Assembly (NCBI GenBank): GCA_002256025.1
Contig: NKIB01000125.1
Span: 1-35,109 of the forward strand
Source of the DNA: Asterionella formosa
Lineage: Eukaryota
Direction: 5' to 3'
DNA length: 35,109 nt
In this document: positions 35,096 through 35,109 of the stretch, in pieces
Numbering within the stretch: the first letter of the stretch is position 1
How the letters are laid out: each line of letters begins with the position of its first letter
Translations under genes and position numbers: made by a program
The notes under the pieces: model-generated
What the model was told of the DNA's origin: nothing
The model's input: only the letters and a program-made list of their open reading frames with translations
Databases searched by the model: none

Positions 35096-35109
35096 GGTGA
35101 ATCTGCTGA

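Overview
Eukaryotic nuclear DNA, most likely from a diatom or related ochrophyte. The evidence is short GT-AG introns, a bipartite plastid-targeting presequence and the gene content; the taxon is an inference. There are four assembly gaps (6214-6776, 8088-8925, 10402-10841, 20671-20780). Intact genes lie in two blocks. The first holds a CSB/ERCC6-type SNF2 ATPase, a partial CRAL-TRIO protein, a bromodomain protein and an F-box/ARM protein. The second holds a small hypothetical protein, an LPA1/DUF3493 protein, a D-amino-acid oxidase and epsinR. Between them (about 16-28 kb) is a gene-poor zone with a frameshifted aldo/keto-reductase pseudogene and several non-autonomous DNA transposons: a TA-flanked Tc1/mariner-type element with a nested two-gene cassette, a PIF/Harbinger-type family with two copies in the window, and a CCA...TGG-ended element. 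The most striking pattern is the abundance of TA-CCGG-TA / TA-CCAGG-TA / TA-CCTGG-TA units in non-coding DNA. Comparing two copies of one repeat shows a TA becoming TACCGGTA, which fits stacked transposon excision footprints, and a candidate donor element with matching ends is present. I saw no CRISPR array, rRNA, tRNA or intact transposase.
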